A stretch of DNA of 62,160 nucleotides, filler included, from Syncephalis fuscata S228 (Eukaryota > Fungi > Zoopagomycota), in NCBI GenBank assembly GCA_025786725.1. It is 4 parts of 4 records of this genome, joined end to end, with 100 filler letters (N's around TTAATTAATTAA, not from the genome) between each part and the next. Parts side by side here need not be neighbours in the genome. Positions count along the whole stretch, not along the records: positions 17,709 to 32,440 come from JAHLTZ010000227.1; positions 32,541 to 47,121 come from JAHLTZ010000228.1; 2 more parts are not named here. The stretch is one strand, 5' to 3'. Under the pieces are notes generated by a model. That model was not told where the DNA came from and searched no databases. It worked only from the letters and a program-made list of their open reading frames with translations. The translations under genes and the position numbers were made by a program. Shown piece by piece: positions 25,901 to 38,923 of this stretch; within the stretch, counting starts at the first letter, position 1, and each line of letters opens with the position of its first letter.

Positions 25901-26633
25901 GGCACGCAGTATAATAAATAACTAGCATTGTTAGTATATTTATTACCAAGTTTTAGCATTGCTTTATATTAATACTGTAGAATAGAAATTAGAATATGCA
26001 CAATAGTATAGTACTTGTTTACAATAGTATTCATTTAATTTAATTTTAATAATCTACCTAAGCAACTGTACTACAATAGCAATACGTGATTCTGTCTGTA
26101 GGTTTTCAAGACAAGTCAATTCCAGACATACATGGTGTCTAAACATAAAAATCACCTATCACTGACCAAGAGCTCAGGCGAGCTATGCTAGTTACCCACC
26201 TAAAATTACTAAAAACGGCACAATGCATGACATGGCATGAGCTGCATAATCTGAACGGATATTCGCTGCTGTACTGTTGTTGAATAAAAGATTTTACAAG
26301 AACTTAATGAGTTTATTTTTTATCTATTATTCATCAGCATTAATGTCATAATGTTGCTGTGGCACAGTATTATCCCAAGTTTAATATTTTACTTATTATT
26401 TGGTTCAACTTGTAATTGTTGTTAGCTTGGATGTTGTGTAGCGCAGCAGTTGATGTTGCGTACATAATTGGCTGAATATCCATGTACCGCATCAGTTAAT
26501 ATGCATGAGGAACAAAAACTGGTAATGCCCTTTGCTCCAAATATTTTATTGTAAGACACTCAAATTTATGCTATTGTACTTTTATTATTTTATCATTTAC
26601 GCACTACTATTTTCACAATATACAAAACCAAAA

Positions 26634-27610
26634 ATGCCGTTTATTAATTATACCGACCCAAAGCAAACCGAATGGAAACATGGTGCTACAAAGCAATGGG
26701 GCATACTGCTCAATCCACTTGGCGAAATAAGTGTATCTGATTTTTTGATGGAGGCTTCAGGTCATATCTACGAGCAGCGTCTTCGTTTATCGGGCGTGCA
26801 ACTTCAAATTGTAGTTTCTATTATAACATTTTGTATTTTTGCACACAATATTCTTGTAACTACCAAAATGACCATATCACGCTCAAATAGCATGTTTTCA
26901 TGGTGCTGTTTACTACTCGCTATTAATGGCAGTACATATAGTATAATGTTTACATCCATGCTAATGGGCTATGCCATTAATTGTAGAATGCTGGTATGGT
27001 CGGCCGGATTTTTTACTTCATTAGGAATGTTTTTCAATAGCCTAACTCTTCTTTTAAAAGTCCGTTTGGTTCTTTATCAAAAAAAGTGGATCACTTATGT
27101 TGGCATTCTTTTTATATTACCACAGCTAGGCTATGCTTTTATCATGATATACAACTCTTTTTTGACTTTAGAGCCTCTACTCGGCTGCGCCATCTACTAT
27201 CCACCTATTTTTCTTTGGTACTGGATTGGCGTAAATACACCTATCAATGTGTTCTTTTCAGCCATATTCTGCCGTATTGCTTTAAATCAGTATCATTTGT
27301 TTGGATCTGATGCGTGGAGGCGACTAGCACGAGATGGAATACAGGCAATGTGTTTGGCCATATTAACCAACCTTGTTTGTTGCATAGCTATAGTTATTCA
27401 TTTCGGTAATACTAACTTTGATGTACTTATTTCTGCTGATTGGTAAGCATTGATAATTGATTGTATGTATATATCTAATATATTTATAGGATGATTGTTG
27501 CAACCATATTGATTAGACATTGTGAGAAGATGGGAAATAACAATCAATCTGCGTATCGTCCCAAGACTTATAATATACTGCATCTATCTCAAATTGTCAC
27601 TGCAACCTAA
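26634..27610 (+). CDS. Multi-pass (about 7 TM) membrane protein, GPCR-like topology
   Basis: Long ORF with 6-7 hydrophobic segments and one intron at ~27443-27490; stop at 27608-27610. Confidence 0.65.
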
Positions 27611-28553
27611 ATAAGCTGATGCGTCAATATGTTACATCTATCTAACTTATTATAAATGCGGATTGTATATAGGCAATACAATATTAAAGTAATTTCAAAT
27701 TCTTTTATAAAAGCATTACAATTGTTATTTACAAATTGCATTTAAGAGTATGTCACTAATTAACACTAGATAAATCGACAATGGTATATAACTAGTAGTA
27801 CAAATAATTTGGATAGAAATGGTAGGTTTGATAAGCAAAGCACTTGTTTTATTTTTATTAAACTGGTGGTTTGTTGGTTTATATTCTAGAGTATGCTACT
27901 GTGCTTTCTATTATTTAACAAGTTTAACTGTTATGTCTTTGTGCAAATCAATCTATGGATGAAAGACAAGGTATCAATTTTACATAATACCTATTCAATG
28001 TACCATTTTATTAATAAATTTATTGTTTACTAGTGATATAGTATATAGAAACACCTTTGGTGTAGAATAGCCTTTATTATATCCATACTGATGAACATGT
28101 TCTATAATATACCAACTTGTTGGATAAATAGCTGTTCTTACACTTTGTTTAGTACTTTGTGTTTTTATTGACAGCTACTCAACAGTAGAATAGATAGCTA
28201 ACAATATGCTATTATTATATATAACTGATACTGACAAATAATAAACCTTTTCTCTTTGCTTCAAATGATCTGTTTTTACTTAGCTGCATCTCTATAGTCG
28301 ATCTGGTATAATGATTTAAAGATAACATATTGCTTTGTTGTTTGTATCTATATTGCTATAGTTTAATTTAAATCTTTGTTGGAACAAAATTCATGATTAC
28401 ATATTAAAACTTTTAACACTAATCAGGTCAAATATAATATTCAATGTCTCATGCTTATAGATCAATTGGCGTTTATAACATGAGTTTTATAAATTGTTCA
28501 TAATAAGATCATTCTTGTAGGCATTATTTAATGCTTTTAACAAAAAGATTCAT

Positions 28554-29111
28554 TTAACTCTCTGTCATGAATGGATTGGCGATCTCTTCTGAACCATCCA
28601 ACGGAGACAATAATGTTACGGCTGTACCACGACACACTACTAAACCTAGTGAACGTGTCTTATCAAGCAAACGAAAATGATTTTCCGGATCTATATTCAT
28701 TAATCTATCAATAATAGAATCAAAATACAAGCCAGCTATTACTTACCACGCAAATGCTCCTCAGCCTCATCCAGCACAAGATTTAATAGAGGATCATGTC
28801 CCTTTAACACACCAGTTACTATTTATATCCATTAGCTATATTGTTCCATACTTTTATTTAATGACAAGCTATTACCTTCACGTCCACCAGTAAATTTAAT
28901 GCGCACTTGTGTGTCCATATACTTGGTCAGATCCAGAATGGCCTCTTTCTTTGGTCGGTTGTCACTACCGGCACCGCCATGGCCACCGCCGCGACCACCA
29001 CCACGACCGCCACCACCACCGCGTCCACGACGTCCCTATAAGTTGGCATGTAAGCTAAGCTATACATATATCTATTTATCATAGCAGTGCACCACTTACC
29101 CGATCAGCCAT
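28554..29111 (-). CDS. LSM7: U6 snRNA-associated Sm-like protein
   Basis: RPKKEAILDLTKYMDTQVRIKFTGGRE|VTGVLKGHDPLLNLVLDE...RSLGLVVCRG...GSEEIANPF, with an RGG-rich N-terminus. Confidence 0.92.
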
Positions 29112-29551
29112 GATCACTAGTAATAAACAAAAACTAGACTATTTAGAACGTGGAATCACCCAAAGACAGTCAAATATGCCGTTCAAAACTGTCAATAGGA
29201 AAGAAAAGTAAAAGATAAAAGCACTATTTTGTGTGTGTGTGTGTTTGTGTGTGCTATGAAAATAAACAACTAAGTAGCCAGGAGAGTGAACGAGTGTAAA
29301 CAGTGAAAAGAACAACAACTGACGTGTCACCACCACACGTCTTGATTGTCTATGGAGAAAGTTAGCCACGACGTATTTCCCCTTGCTTGTCCAGCTTCTT
29401 CTTTCTTTCTTTCTTTCTTTCTCTTCGTTAATCATCGATCGTTAGCGCGTTGTGATTGAAAGAAACGCGCCTATCGTCACTTTTACTTTTTACTATTAGT
29501 TCGTGTATTGCTGCTGGCACCTGTCTAATCTGTAACGGACGAGCAACTACT

Positions 29552-32440
29552 ATGCAAACGCAAGTTGATAGGGCGCGGTCCAATTAAATAGACTATATGC
29601 TAACGTGTGGTACCCATTACAGACTAGTGGCCTCAAAGTCTATTGTGGCTGCGTCCACCTATATAAAGCAGCCATTTACTGCTTGGTGGTATGTCTCGCC
29701 CTTCTTCGTACTATATCCATCGTGGGTAGCTGTCTACCAGCATGCCTATGAGCAATATCTTGGTTCGGAAGAATGGACATTTCTTACACTTGGTGGACTC
29801 ATAACCGTGCATATACTTATGTATTTGGCTTCACAATGGAGTGTGACTGTCCGTGTACAAATGACGTGTGCTAAGGTAGATACACCTTACTGTCTATCTA
29901 TTATAGAGATTAAACAATATTGTGGTATTTAGGAATTGAATATTAATAGGGCCGATATAATTTGTATTATACCAGCTGCTCATAAAGGCAAAGGCGTATT
30001 ATGTGATATTAAACGTACACCGGTAATTTACATATTTATTAAGTGTATACATTGCTTAAATAGTATTATTGCTATATGTATATAGAATGAAATTTACTTT
30101 TTACTTCACCAAAAAAAGTATATTTACCAAGAAGAGAAAAAACGATTTGAAAAGTTAACCTATCCCACCGATCATGATGTTACTATGGGCGAGTTACAAC
30201 AATCCACTGGATTAACCTCTGTTGATCAAATTAATGAAACGACAGAAAAGTATGGTTATAATCGGTAGGCATTAGATAATTAATATGATTAATAGTGAAT
30301 TAATATGTATATAATATGTATAAATACAATAACAGATTTGAAATTCCATTACCTTCATTTCAAGAATTGTTTAAAGAGCACGCCATTGCCCCATTCTTTG
30401 TATTTCAAGTATTCTGTGTGGGTCTATGGTGTCTAGATGAATATTGGTATTATTCCATGTTTACATTAGTAATGCTTGTGGGATTTGAATCAACGGTAGT
30501 CAGTCAGGTAAGTATATATATATATATATAGCGTGTATATGTTTTACTAACATTATTTATTAATATAGCGACTAAGAACATTAAAAGAATTTCGATCATT
30601 TTCATTAAAACCATTTAAAATTAACGTATTTCGCCAACATCGATGGACCCAAATCAATTCAGATGAATTACTTCCACAAGACATTTGTTCTATAGGTAAT
30701 AGTTGACGGCAACACCATTATTAAGTAGATGATTAACCTTTTATGAGTATAGTTCGTTCTGAAGGTGAAATGGGTATTCCGTGTGATATGATCTTATTAG
30801 AAGGTGATTGTATTGTCAATGAGGCCATGTTATCAGGCGAATCGACACCACAAGGCAAAGAATCGATTGCACTTCGATCAGTCGAGGATAGTCTAGATGT
30901 GACAGGAGGTGATAGACTTCACTTACTATTTGGTGGCACTAAAGTGTTACAAGTTAATTCACCACCCAATACAAGTATGAGAGCCACTCCTGATGGTGGA
31001 TGTGTGGCGCGTGTTTTAAAGACTGGATTTGGTACATCACAAGGCAAACTTATTCGTACTATGGTATTCAATACGGAACACGTATCGGCCAATAACGTTG
31101 AAGCATTCTTGTTTATTGGATTTTTATTAATCTTTGCTATTATCGCTGCAGCTTATGTCTGGATAGAAGGTAAACATAGAGTGCAATGATAGATGATGAA
31201 TGATAACTAATTTATAATTGATTAGGATCACAAAATGTTGATAGAAAACGATCTAAATTGATTCTAGATTGCATTATGATTATTACTTCAGTTGTACCAC
31301 CTGAATTGCCTATGGAATTATCATTGGCTGTTAATACATCTTTAGTAGCTTTATCAAGATTTGGTGAGTGTTTAATATAAATTGATTGCTATTTAGCTAT
31401 TAACTATTGATATCATTTAGCCATTTATTGTACTGAGCCATTTAGAATTCCATTTGCTGGCAAGATTGATATTTGTTGTTTTGATAAGACGGGCACATTA
31501 ACTGGAGAGAATTTGGTTGTTGAGGGTATTAGCGGTATTCGGTAAGATAGAATAGAATATATACACTGTAGATATTAAACGGATAGCACCCTTTTAATTA
31601 TAATTATTTTGAATATATTAGAGATGATTCTACTGAATTAGTTGATCCACAATCAATTCCCCATGAAACAACCATGGTATTGGCAGCAGCACATGCTCTT
31701 GTTCAACTAGATAAAGATATTATTGGTGATCCAATGGAGAAGACAACTTTAGAAGCAATTCAATGGCAACTTGAAAAAGGTTTGCATTAATACTGTTATA
31801 CTATTACAATAGTTAATATAATTTATGATTATTATTAACAGATACTATGACACCAAAAGAGAATAAGGGAACACGATCATTAAAGATTCGTCGTCGATTC
31901 CAGTTTAGTTCAGCACTTAAACGTATGTCTACTTTATCTGTTGTATCAGATCGTAAGAATGAATGGCTAGTTGCCGTTAAAGGCGCACCAGAGACATTAC
32001 AGCATATGTACGACCATGTACCATCCTTTTATGAAGAGACTTTTAAATATTTTACCCGTCGTGGCTCACGTGTATTAGCACTTGGATATAAAGTAATGCC
32101 AGCAAGTAAAGATGTAAGTTATGATAACTATGTTAATAATATATATATATTATATATTATATATTATTATTATTATTAACGATTGGTATATTAGATCAAT
32201 ACAATTGATCGTGAATCAGTGGAATGCAATTTGATATTTGCCGGTTTTCTAGTCTTCCACTGTCCACTAAAGGAAGACACCAAGAAGGCCATCGATATGT
32301 TGAATCAATCAGCACATCGTGTAAGTATCTAATATATTTGATTTACCACTTATTCACCTATATCTATAATGACAGGTCATTATGATTACAGGAGATAATC
32401 CATTGACTGCATGTCATGTGGCACGTACATTGGATATTGT
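29552..32440 (+). CDS. SPF1: P5A-type ATPase, 3' truncated by the contig end
   Basis: Motifs [61 protein letters not shown] and ITGDN. Confidence 0.93.
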
Positions 32441-32540
32441 NNNNNNNNNNNNNNNNNNNNNNNNNNNNNNNNNNNNNNNNNNNNTTAATTAATTAANNNN
32501 NNNNNNNNNNNNNNNNNNNNNNNNNNNNNNNNNNNNNNNN
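32441..32540. other. Artificial contig spacer
   Basis: Same N/TTAATTAATTAA design as the other two spacers. Confidence 0.95.
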
Positions 32541-32916
32541 TCGTCTCGTGTGCGTTCCTCATCAGTGGCACACCCCACAATCCATTTCTGTTTGTTACGT
32601 ATTGTACTTTCAGCGCGTGATTATATTACTATCCGAGTACCAATTGATATCTCACTCAGCAACCTCACCACACTAGTTATCAACAAATGTTTACGCTGCG
32701 GTCGGCGTCGAGATGATCTTAGCCATCGATTGTTCATTTGGGAACGATCGGACCCAGATCTTACTTTGGGTGTGGTTAATGACTCGATGCTTCGAGAAGT
32801 ACTTTTGCCAAAGCCATCCACATTAGCACATGATAAGTATGCATGTATTGAGAATCCGATAATACTTTATTGGACGTAATTAGGCAATTTCAACTATTGT
32901 ATTTGGGTTACTTGTG
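32541..32916 (+). CDS. 3' fragment of an unknown gene
   Basis: Open frame from the contig start with coding-like composition and a probable short intron near 32837-32883. Confidence 0.4.
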
Positions 32917-34333
32917 AATGCATGTATAAAAATTATGAATTATACGCTGTTAACACTGATATGGGATCGTTATCGTTCTTTTTGTCAATATATATGAAAT
33001 AAAAAGCAGCTTTTTACAAATTTAATTATTTTGGAATTATAGCATTTGAAGCCATGTTGCTAAATTATTATCATAGCTTAATAAGAATGTTATGTACTTA
33101 ATTTATACTATTGTTACAACTCAAATTGTAGAGATTGTAACTTGGATAAGCAGGTAACATTTTACTTAATGTTGTTGTATAATGTTAGCTTTTGGTATTT
33201 GCTAATACTTACTGTAACGCACAGATACGATGTGTTTGGTTAATTAATATTAATTTAATATTAGAACTATTTCTTATTTTGTTATTACTTATCACGGTTT
33301 AATTATAGTAACTGAATAGTTTCTAATAAAGCTGAAGTGAAATAAAATTGAACTATAAACAAACAATGGCTTTAGTGATATTGAGTAAAGTTATAGTTTA
33401 TAGCAAAATCTACTGATCATATCTTTGTAATGATTGCTTGTTTGTTCGTAGTTAGTGCCAATATTTAATATATCTATTATTCTTGTGACTGTTTACATTT
33501 AATATTAAAGTTTGTTTAATAACATAGTTTATTTATTAGTCACACCATTATAAGAATATAGACGTAATATTGGAATGGCAACACTATATCGCCAATTTAT
33601 ACACTGTGTTAAAAACAGTATGTTCACACCTGTAACTAAATTGCAATGTTAAATTAAACGAGTATTTAAACCAACCAATACATTTGCATGATTTAAAAAC
33701 GGCAGCCAGTTTGTGCACGCAGTAACTACCTATGAATAAATACAAGCCCAGTGCATTAAAGCGAGTGAATAATAGTGTCTATCAGTTATATGGTGGATAT
33801 TTTCATGCTGAATGGAGTTGATGTAGCAAAGGCTTGCATATAGGCCATTGCACATACAATATAAACTTATTTATGTAAAAGGCGAATATTACCTTTGCAC
33901 GGACTATGGTCTGGCCATAATAACGTCGCCTTTGATTAATGTTGCCGCTGCATTGGTGTTATTTGCAGTTCTACCATATACACACACAAAACCATCGATA
34001 TTGCCACGTCATTCGTGTAATTGCCGAGCAGATTGAAACAAAGGCTCGGCTGCATATTAGTATGTCATCGATATATTGGTATATGTATACTTCGAGTTAT
34101 CATGTGAATGTACTTTATTGGTTTACATTGAATATCAATGGCATGATTCATGCACATAGCCTACTGGCATTTCAGCACAATTATAGACTTAAATAAGCCA
34201 CACAACGCACACAAATAATTAATAGTACTATTATCATATTCTACTTTCTGCCAAATACTCACCATTATCTGTTCTATACCAATCACACACTGTTGTCTAT
34301 TCTATTTGTTTGTTTTAGCCACTTGAAACTACC

Positions 34334-36441
34334 ATGAGGTTTTTTATTGCCGTCGTCTGCACTCTCGTTGTGGCTTTTGTGGCCGGTATAATCATGGTGG
34401 ATGCTAGGCCAGATTCAGTCCGCATTAGTATGTTACAATTAGTATAAATATGAAATATCTCTACGCTTAACTAATGGTAATATTAGCTGGTAAGTCATGC
34501 TTATAAATTGTTGCTTCAATGTTTACCCTTGGCCGTCATTTACCTAATAAAATGGTAAACACATTAGGCGGTGGGTTTTAGGAGTACACAGCCATTTGTT
34601 TGCTAATTAAACGTTAATTAATAATTTAAATGGACAAACGTAAACTATTAGCTAAGAGTAAGTTTATTATAAGCTAGTAGCTCAAATGCCATGTTTCTAA
34701 TAGCAATATGTTGAATTTACACTGATAGGGCGTAGGTTGTATTTATGCTAAATAGCAATTTAATTAAAAATCGGTTTATTCATCAATTAAAATTAATAGC
34801 CCGTAAGTAATATTGCATATTATTCGACTATAAGCTAATTACATGGTATTTATTGTATTTATCAACAACCTGACAGCATGTAAGTAGCATTGTATACAAT
34901 TAACTATTTGCTAACTATATGTTCATTGTGTGTGCATGTCAACAACTTAATATTAATAGGCGGTAGGTGATACTTTATCTTAATTGATTATGCATTAATC
35001 AATTACTATTTACTATGTGTATTAATCACATGTATTAATAGATCGTAGGTGATACTGTATATTAATCAACTGTGCATTGATTATATGCTATATATATATT
35101 GTGTGCATTGGTAAATTTATATTAATAGTTTGTAAGTGGTATATATTTATATCAATTGGCTATGCACTAATTACATTCTATATACTGTGGTGCCAACATT
35201 TCAATATTAATAGGGTGTAAGTAATATTTTATATCAATTGCTTATACACTAATTGCATGCTATTTATTCTGTGCATCAATAACTTGAAATCAACAGGCTG
35301 TAAGTAACACTGAATAACAACCAATTATACACCAACTATATGCTATACATTATGCGGATTAAACATTTTTTATAATAGCTCGTAAGCAATATGGGATATC
35401 AATTGGCTATACACTAATCATATTTCATGCAATATTTAAACTAACAATTCAATACTAATAGCTGGTAAGTGGCGTTGTACATTAGTTGACTATTTACTAA
35501 CTATATTTTTATTATGCGTACCAACAACTTGCTATATTAGATGGTAATTAGTACTGTATATTAACTGATTATACATTAATCATATTCTACCTACTACGTG
35601 TATTAAACGATCGATATTAATAGAGGGTAGATAATATTTTATAACAATTGGCTATGCACTGACTACATGTTATGCGTTATATCCGCTAAATGACTTTTAG
35701 AACTAGATCGTAAGTGGCATTATATATCAATTAAATAGTTATCAATTACATATTATGTGATGCGTGTATGAATATTTTAATATTAATAGTTGGTAAGTAA
35801 AATTGTATTTCATTCAGTTATGCACTAATTACATATTATGTGCCGTGTGTATAAACGAATAAATATTAATAGAACGTAAGTGATATTATGCCAATTGGCT
35901 ATGCGCTAATTACACACTATGTATTGTATGTATCAATAAATCAATGTTAATAGACTGTAAGTACCATTATAAAATAATTTATTATTTGCTAATTATATAT
36001 TATGTGTTGTGCGTATCAATAACTTAATATTAATAGGCAGTAAGTACTACCACATATTAATTAGCTATGTGTTAATTATATGCTATGTATTATGTATATT
36101 AAAATTTAATGTTATTAGAATGTAAATGATATTGTACAACAGTTAACAATTCACTAAATACGTGCTTATTATATGTATCAACAACTCAATGTCAATAGGC
36201 AGTAAGTGGTAGTGTATATAAACTGGCTATGCACCGATTAAATACTATTTACAATGTGTATTAATAGTCTAATATTGATAGAACGTAAGTGATACTGTAT
36301 ATCAAATATTTACGGACCAATTGCATGCTATATATTATGCTTATAAAATTTGATATTAATAGCTGGTAAGCGATATTTTATATTGTTAATTTATACATTA
36401 ATTCATACCATGTATTATATGTATCTATAGAAGGACATTAA
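34334..36441 (+). CDS. Micro-exon secreted Cys-rich prepropeptide gene B (26 exons, 59 aa): MRFFIAVVCTLVVAFVAGIIMVDARPDSVRITGAKR-PPCDLWCSPDEDLEHCKCKPEGH
   Basis: Exon 1 is 34334-34427. Micro-exons: CTG 34487, GCG 34568, CTAAGA 34652, GGC 34729, CCC 34800, CAT 34877, GCG 34960, ATC 35042, TTT 35129, GGT 35214, GCT 35297, CTC 35379, CTG 35462, ATG 35541, AGG 35624, ATC 35707, TTG 35790, AAC 35873, ACT 35954, GCA 36037, AAT 36119, GCA 36199, AAC 36282, CTG 36363. The last exon is 36431-36441. The spliced CDS is 180 nt with no internal stop and yields a KR site and 4 Cys. Confidence 0.87.
34803..36365 (+). repeat. Tandem array of ~77-87-bp intron + 3-nt exon units
   Basis: Same degenerate intron consensus as the 1031-1934 array (gtaagt..tattgtatat.aatt.gctatgcactaatt...tgtgt.tcaacaactt.atattaatag). 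Confidence 0.9.
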
Positions 36442-37123
36442 CCGGTACATCCAAGACATTGGAACTAGCAGTTCAATCTATTTTAAATAAATATTCGATG
36501 CAAAGCAAGATCATTTGGCAAACGTCGTTCAGTTTATTTATATACCAAGTTCCAGCCAATATTTTGGTTTATTAAACTTTTAATCAATGGCACCATTATA
36601 TCGCTAAAGTCTGGGTCCAGCTGGGTTTATTCAACTATTCAGAATTTAGTAATAAATACATGGTCCCATTTGATTTTATTTGATCAAGCTATCAGCTTCT
36701 ACCTGTTTTGTAGCAGTCTCTATTTGAGCAATCACAATCGTATTACGGATGGCAAGAGAACACGTATTATTGGCAGAGTGTGATTGAATCTGGGCGCTGG
36801 AAGTAACATAGGAAACGTAGATGGTGTGCCGTGAAGATGGCAAATAATATTTATATATTGAAGCAATAAATCAATGTAAAATAGCTCATTTTTGTAAGTA
36901 TTATCAGTAAAATAAACTAAATCAGCATCAATTATCATCAATTTACATGTTTTTAAAACAAATAATTTACAGTTAATTGCATATCATTGCACGGCTGTTA
37001 TTAAATCAGTAATGTATTGCTAAACGGGGATCAGAAATTACAATCGATCACATTTACATGAGGCGATTATTAAGGTGATTGGAAAACACTAGTACCAATA
37101 TAGATGCTATTTCGGTGGTAAAT

Positions 37124-37844
37124 CTAAAACATTTGGGATCCTGCAACGGCGAAAAGTGCCATACCTGTCAATCCAGTCATGGCCATGCCGATGGTTGTAG
37201 CGTCGCTTGTTGCAGCAGCAGGTTTCTTATTATCGCTGCTTGGTTTTGCATTTGAGTCTGGCTTCTTATCGTTGCTGGGCATTTTTTTGTCGTCTGGCTT
37301 TTTGTCTTCATGCTTTTTATCATCGGGTTTCTTGTCATTGCTGCTAGGCTGGCTTCCACCCTTGCCGTTGACTGAATGAGCATAGATGATATGACAAATT
37401 AGTCACTACTATACTTCTACTACGACTTCTACTGTCTAATGAAATAATGCTGTTTAGATTCACTTACCCTTAAAATCACCGCTGAATAATGGAGAGGATG
37501 CACCGTTGACTCGAAGGAACCAAGTGCCGCCCAAGATATCACTAGGAATCTTCCACACTACGTTGCGGGCATTTGGTGATGCATTGGCCACCTGTAGTAC
37601 TGAGCTGGAATCGCGACTGACCGCCTCAATTTGAACTTCAGACGACGCATTTGGACTATCGTCGGTCGTCCAGGTAACGGTTGCCGTACCACCTGGCACG
37701 AATGGGCCCATAGGTGTGTTGATCTGGACAATTTCTAGATAGCCGTTAATATTTGTGCTGTTACCGGCCGCGATGCAACTTACCAGCCTGGACCGCAGCT
37801 GCAGCCATGCCGAGAGCAATTAGAGTAGCACAAAGACGTGTCAT
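37124..37844 (-). CDS. Secreted, probably GPI-anchored cell-surface protein (Kre9/Knh1 N-terminal-like fold) with DKKP repeats
   Basis: Signal peptide MTRLCATLIALGMAAAAVQA; ...GGTATVTW...VWKIP...WFLRV...FSGDF; DKKP-like repeats; hydrophobic C-terminus. Three exons. Confidence 0.7.
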
Positions 37845-38923
37845 TATGGCTAGTATACGCGATTTGTATCTAGTAGTATATGTGGATGAAATTAGTTATA
37901 ATGGTATCGATGCGAACAATAAGTGGTCAAGTGGGACTTTATTCTCCTTTGCCATTTCATCGCTATATATATACACACACACGTGTATATATATGGTGGT
38001 AAAATAGCATAATTATTTAACTGATACATTAGCATAGCCAGGTAACGTTTTAATGCCTTATTAAAGCTGTTTCCAGGTCATTAATCCTGTGACCATGGCA
38101 AATTATTTGCATTTATCGACGCAGCCATTCATTTATCATATATTTACTCAATACTTAAGCTTACCTTAGTAACAAAAGTATCAATTTAACCAAATTCAAT
38201 CAAATTAAATATTATCTGATTAACAACACCACAATGATATGTCTTGGTCTAAAAGCACAATGAAGTTTGATGCGCGACAAGTGTTGACGTGAGCGGAGAC
38301 TAAAAGTAAATCCAATGCTTGCCTGACGATAAAAAGGTATTTGTGCACATGCGGCGCCGGTTTCTCGTTCTTGACGACCGACAAGTTTCTTTTGTTTTCA
38401 GTCAGGGTAACAATGGATTGTTTACGCCAATGCTATAGACCAAGCACGGACTAATTACTAAGGGGTGATGATGATGATGACGCTGACACTGCTGCTGCTG
38501 GTGGTGGTGGTAATATAACAGTAAAGTGGTGGCAGTGACCGACGTACTAAAGGAGAATCAATCTAACTGCAGGAGAATCATTATTGAAGGGGATATCAGC
38601 TAAGAAAAGGAGGCCAATGTTCAAAAGTTAAAATCTATAGAGCGGCGGTAATAACTCGCGTAATACTCTTATTTATAGTTTATTAAGTTTGTAAGTTATA
38701 ATTGCTTTTGTAATATACACAACTTTGCCAAATAAATGTGTAAATGTTTTATACAATAATACAATTTTAGGCGTGACTAGTCTATTGTGGGCCATTTTTA
38801 GTCGAAATAGCATGCGTCATTGTTAGCGCAATACTGCTTCTTTTTCTATTCTTTGTGGAGTAATCGTGATTCCAAATTCCATTATACATTGTTCATTAAG
38901 ATTTGACACTTTTCTTTTTCAAA

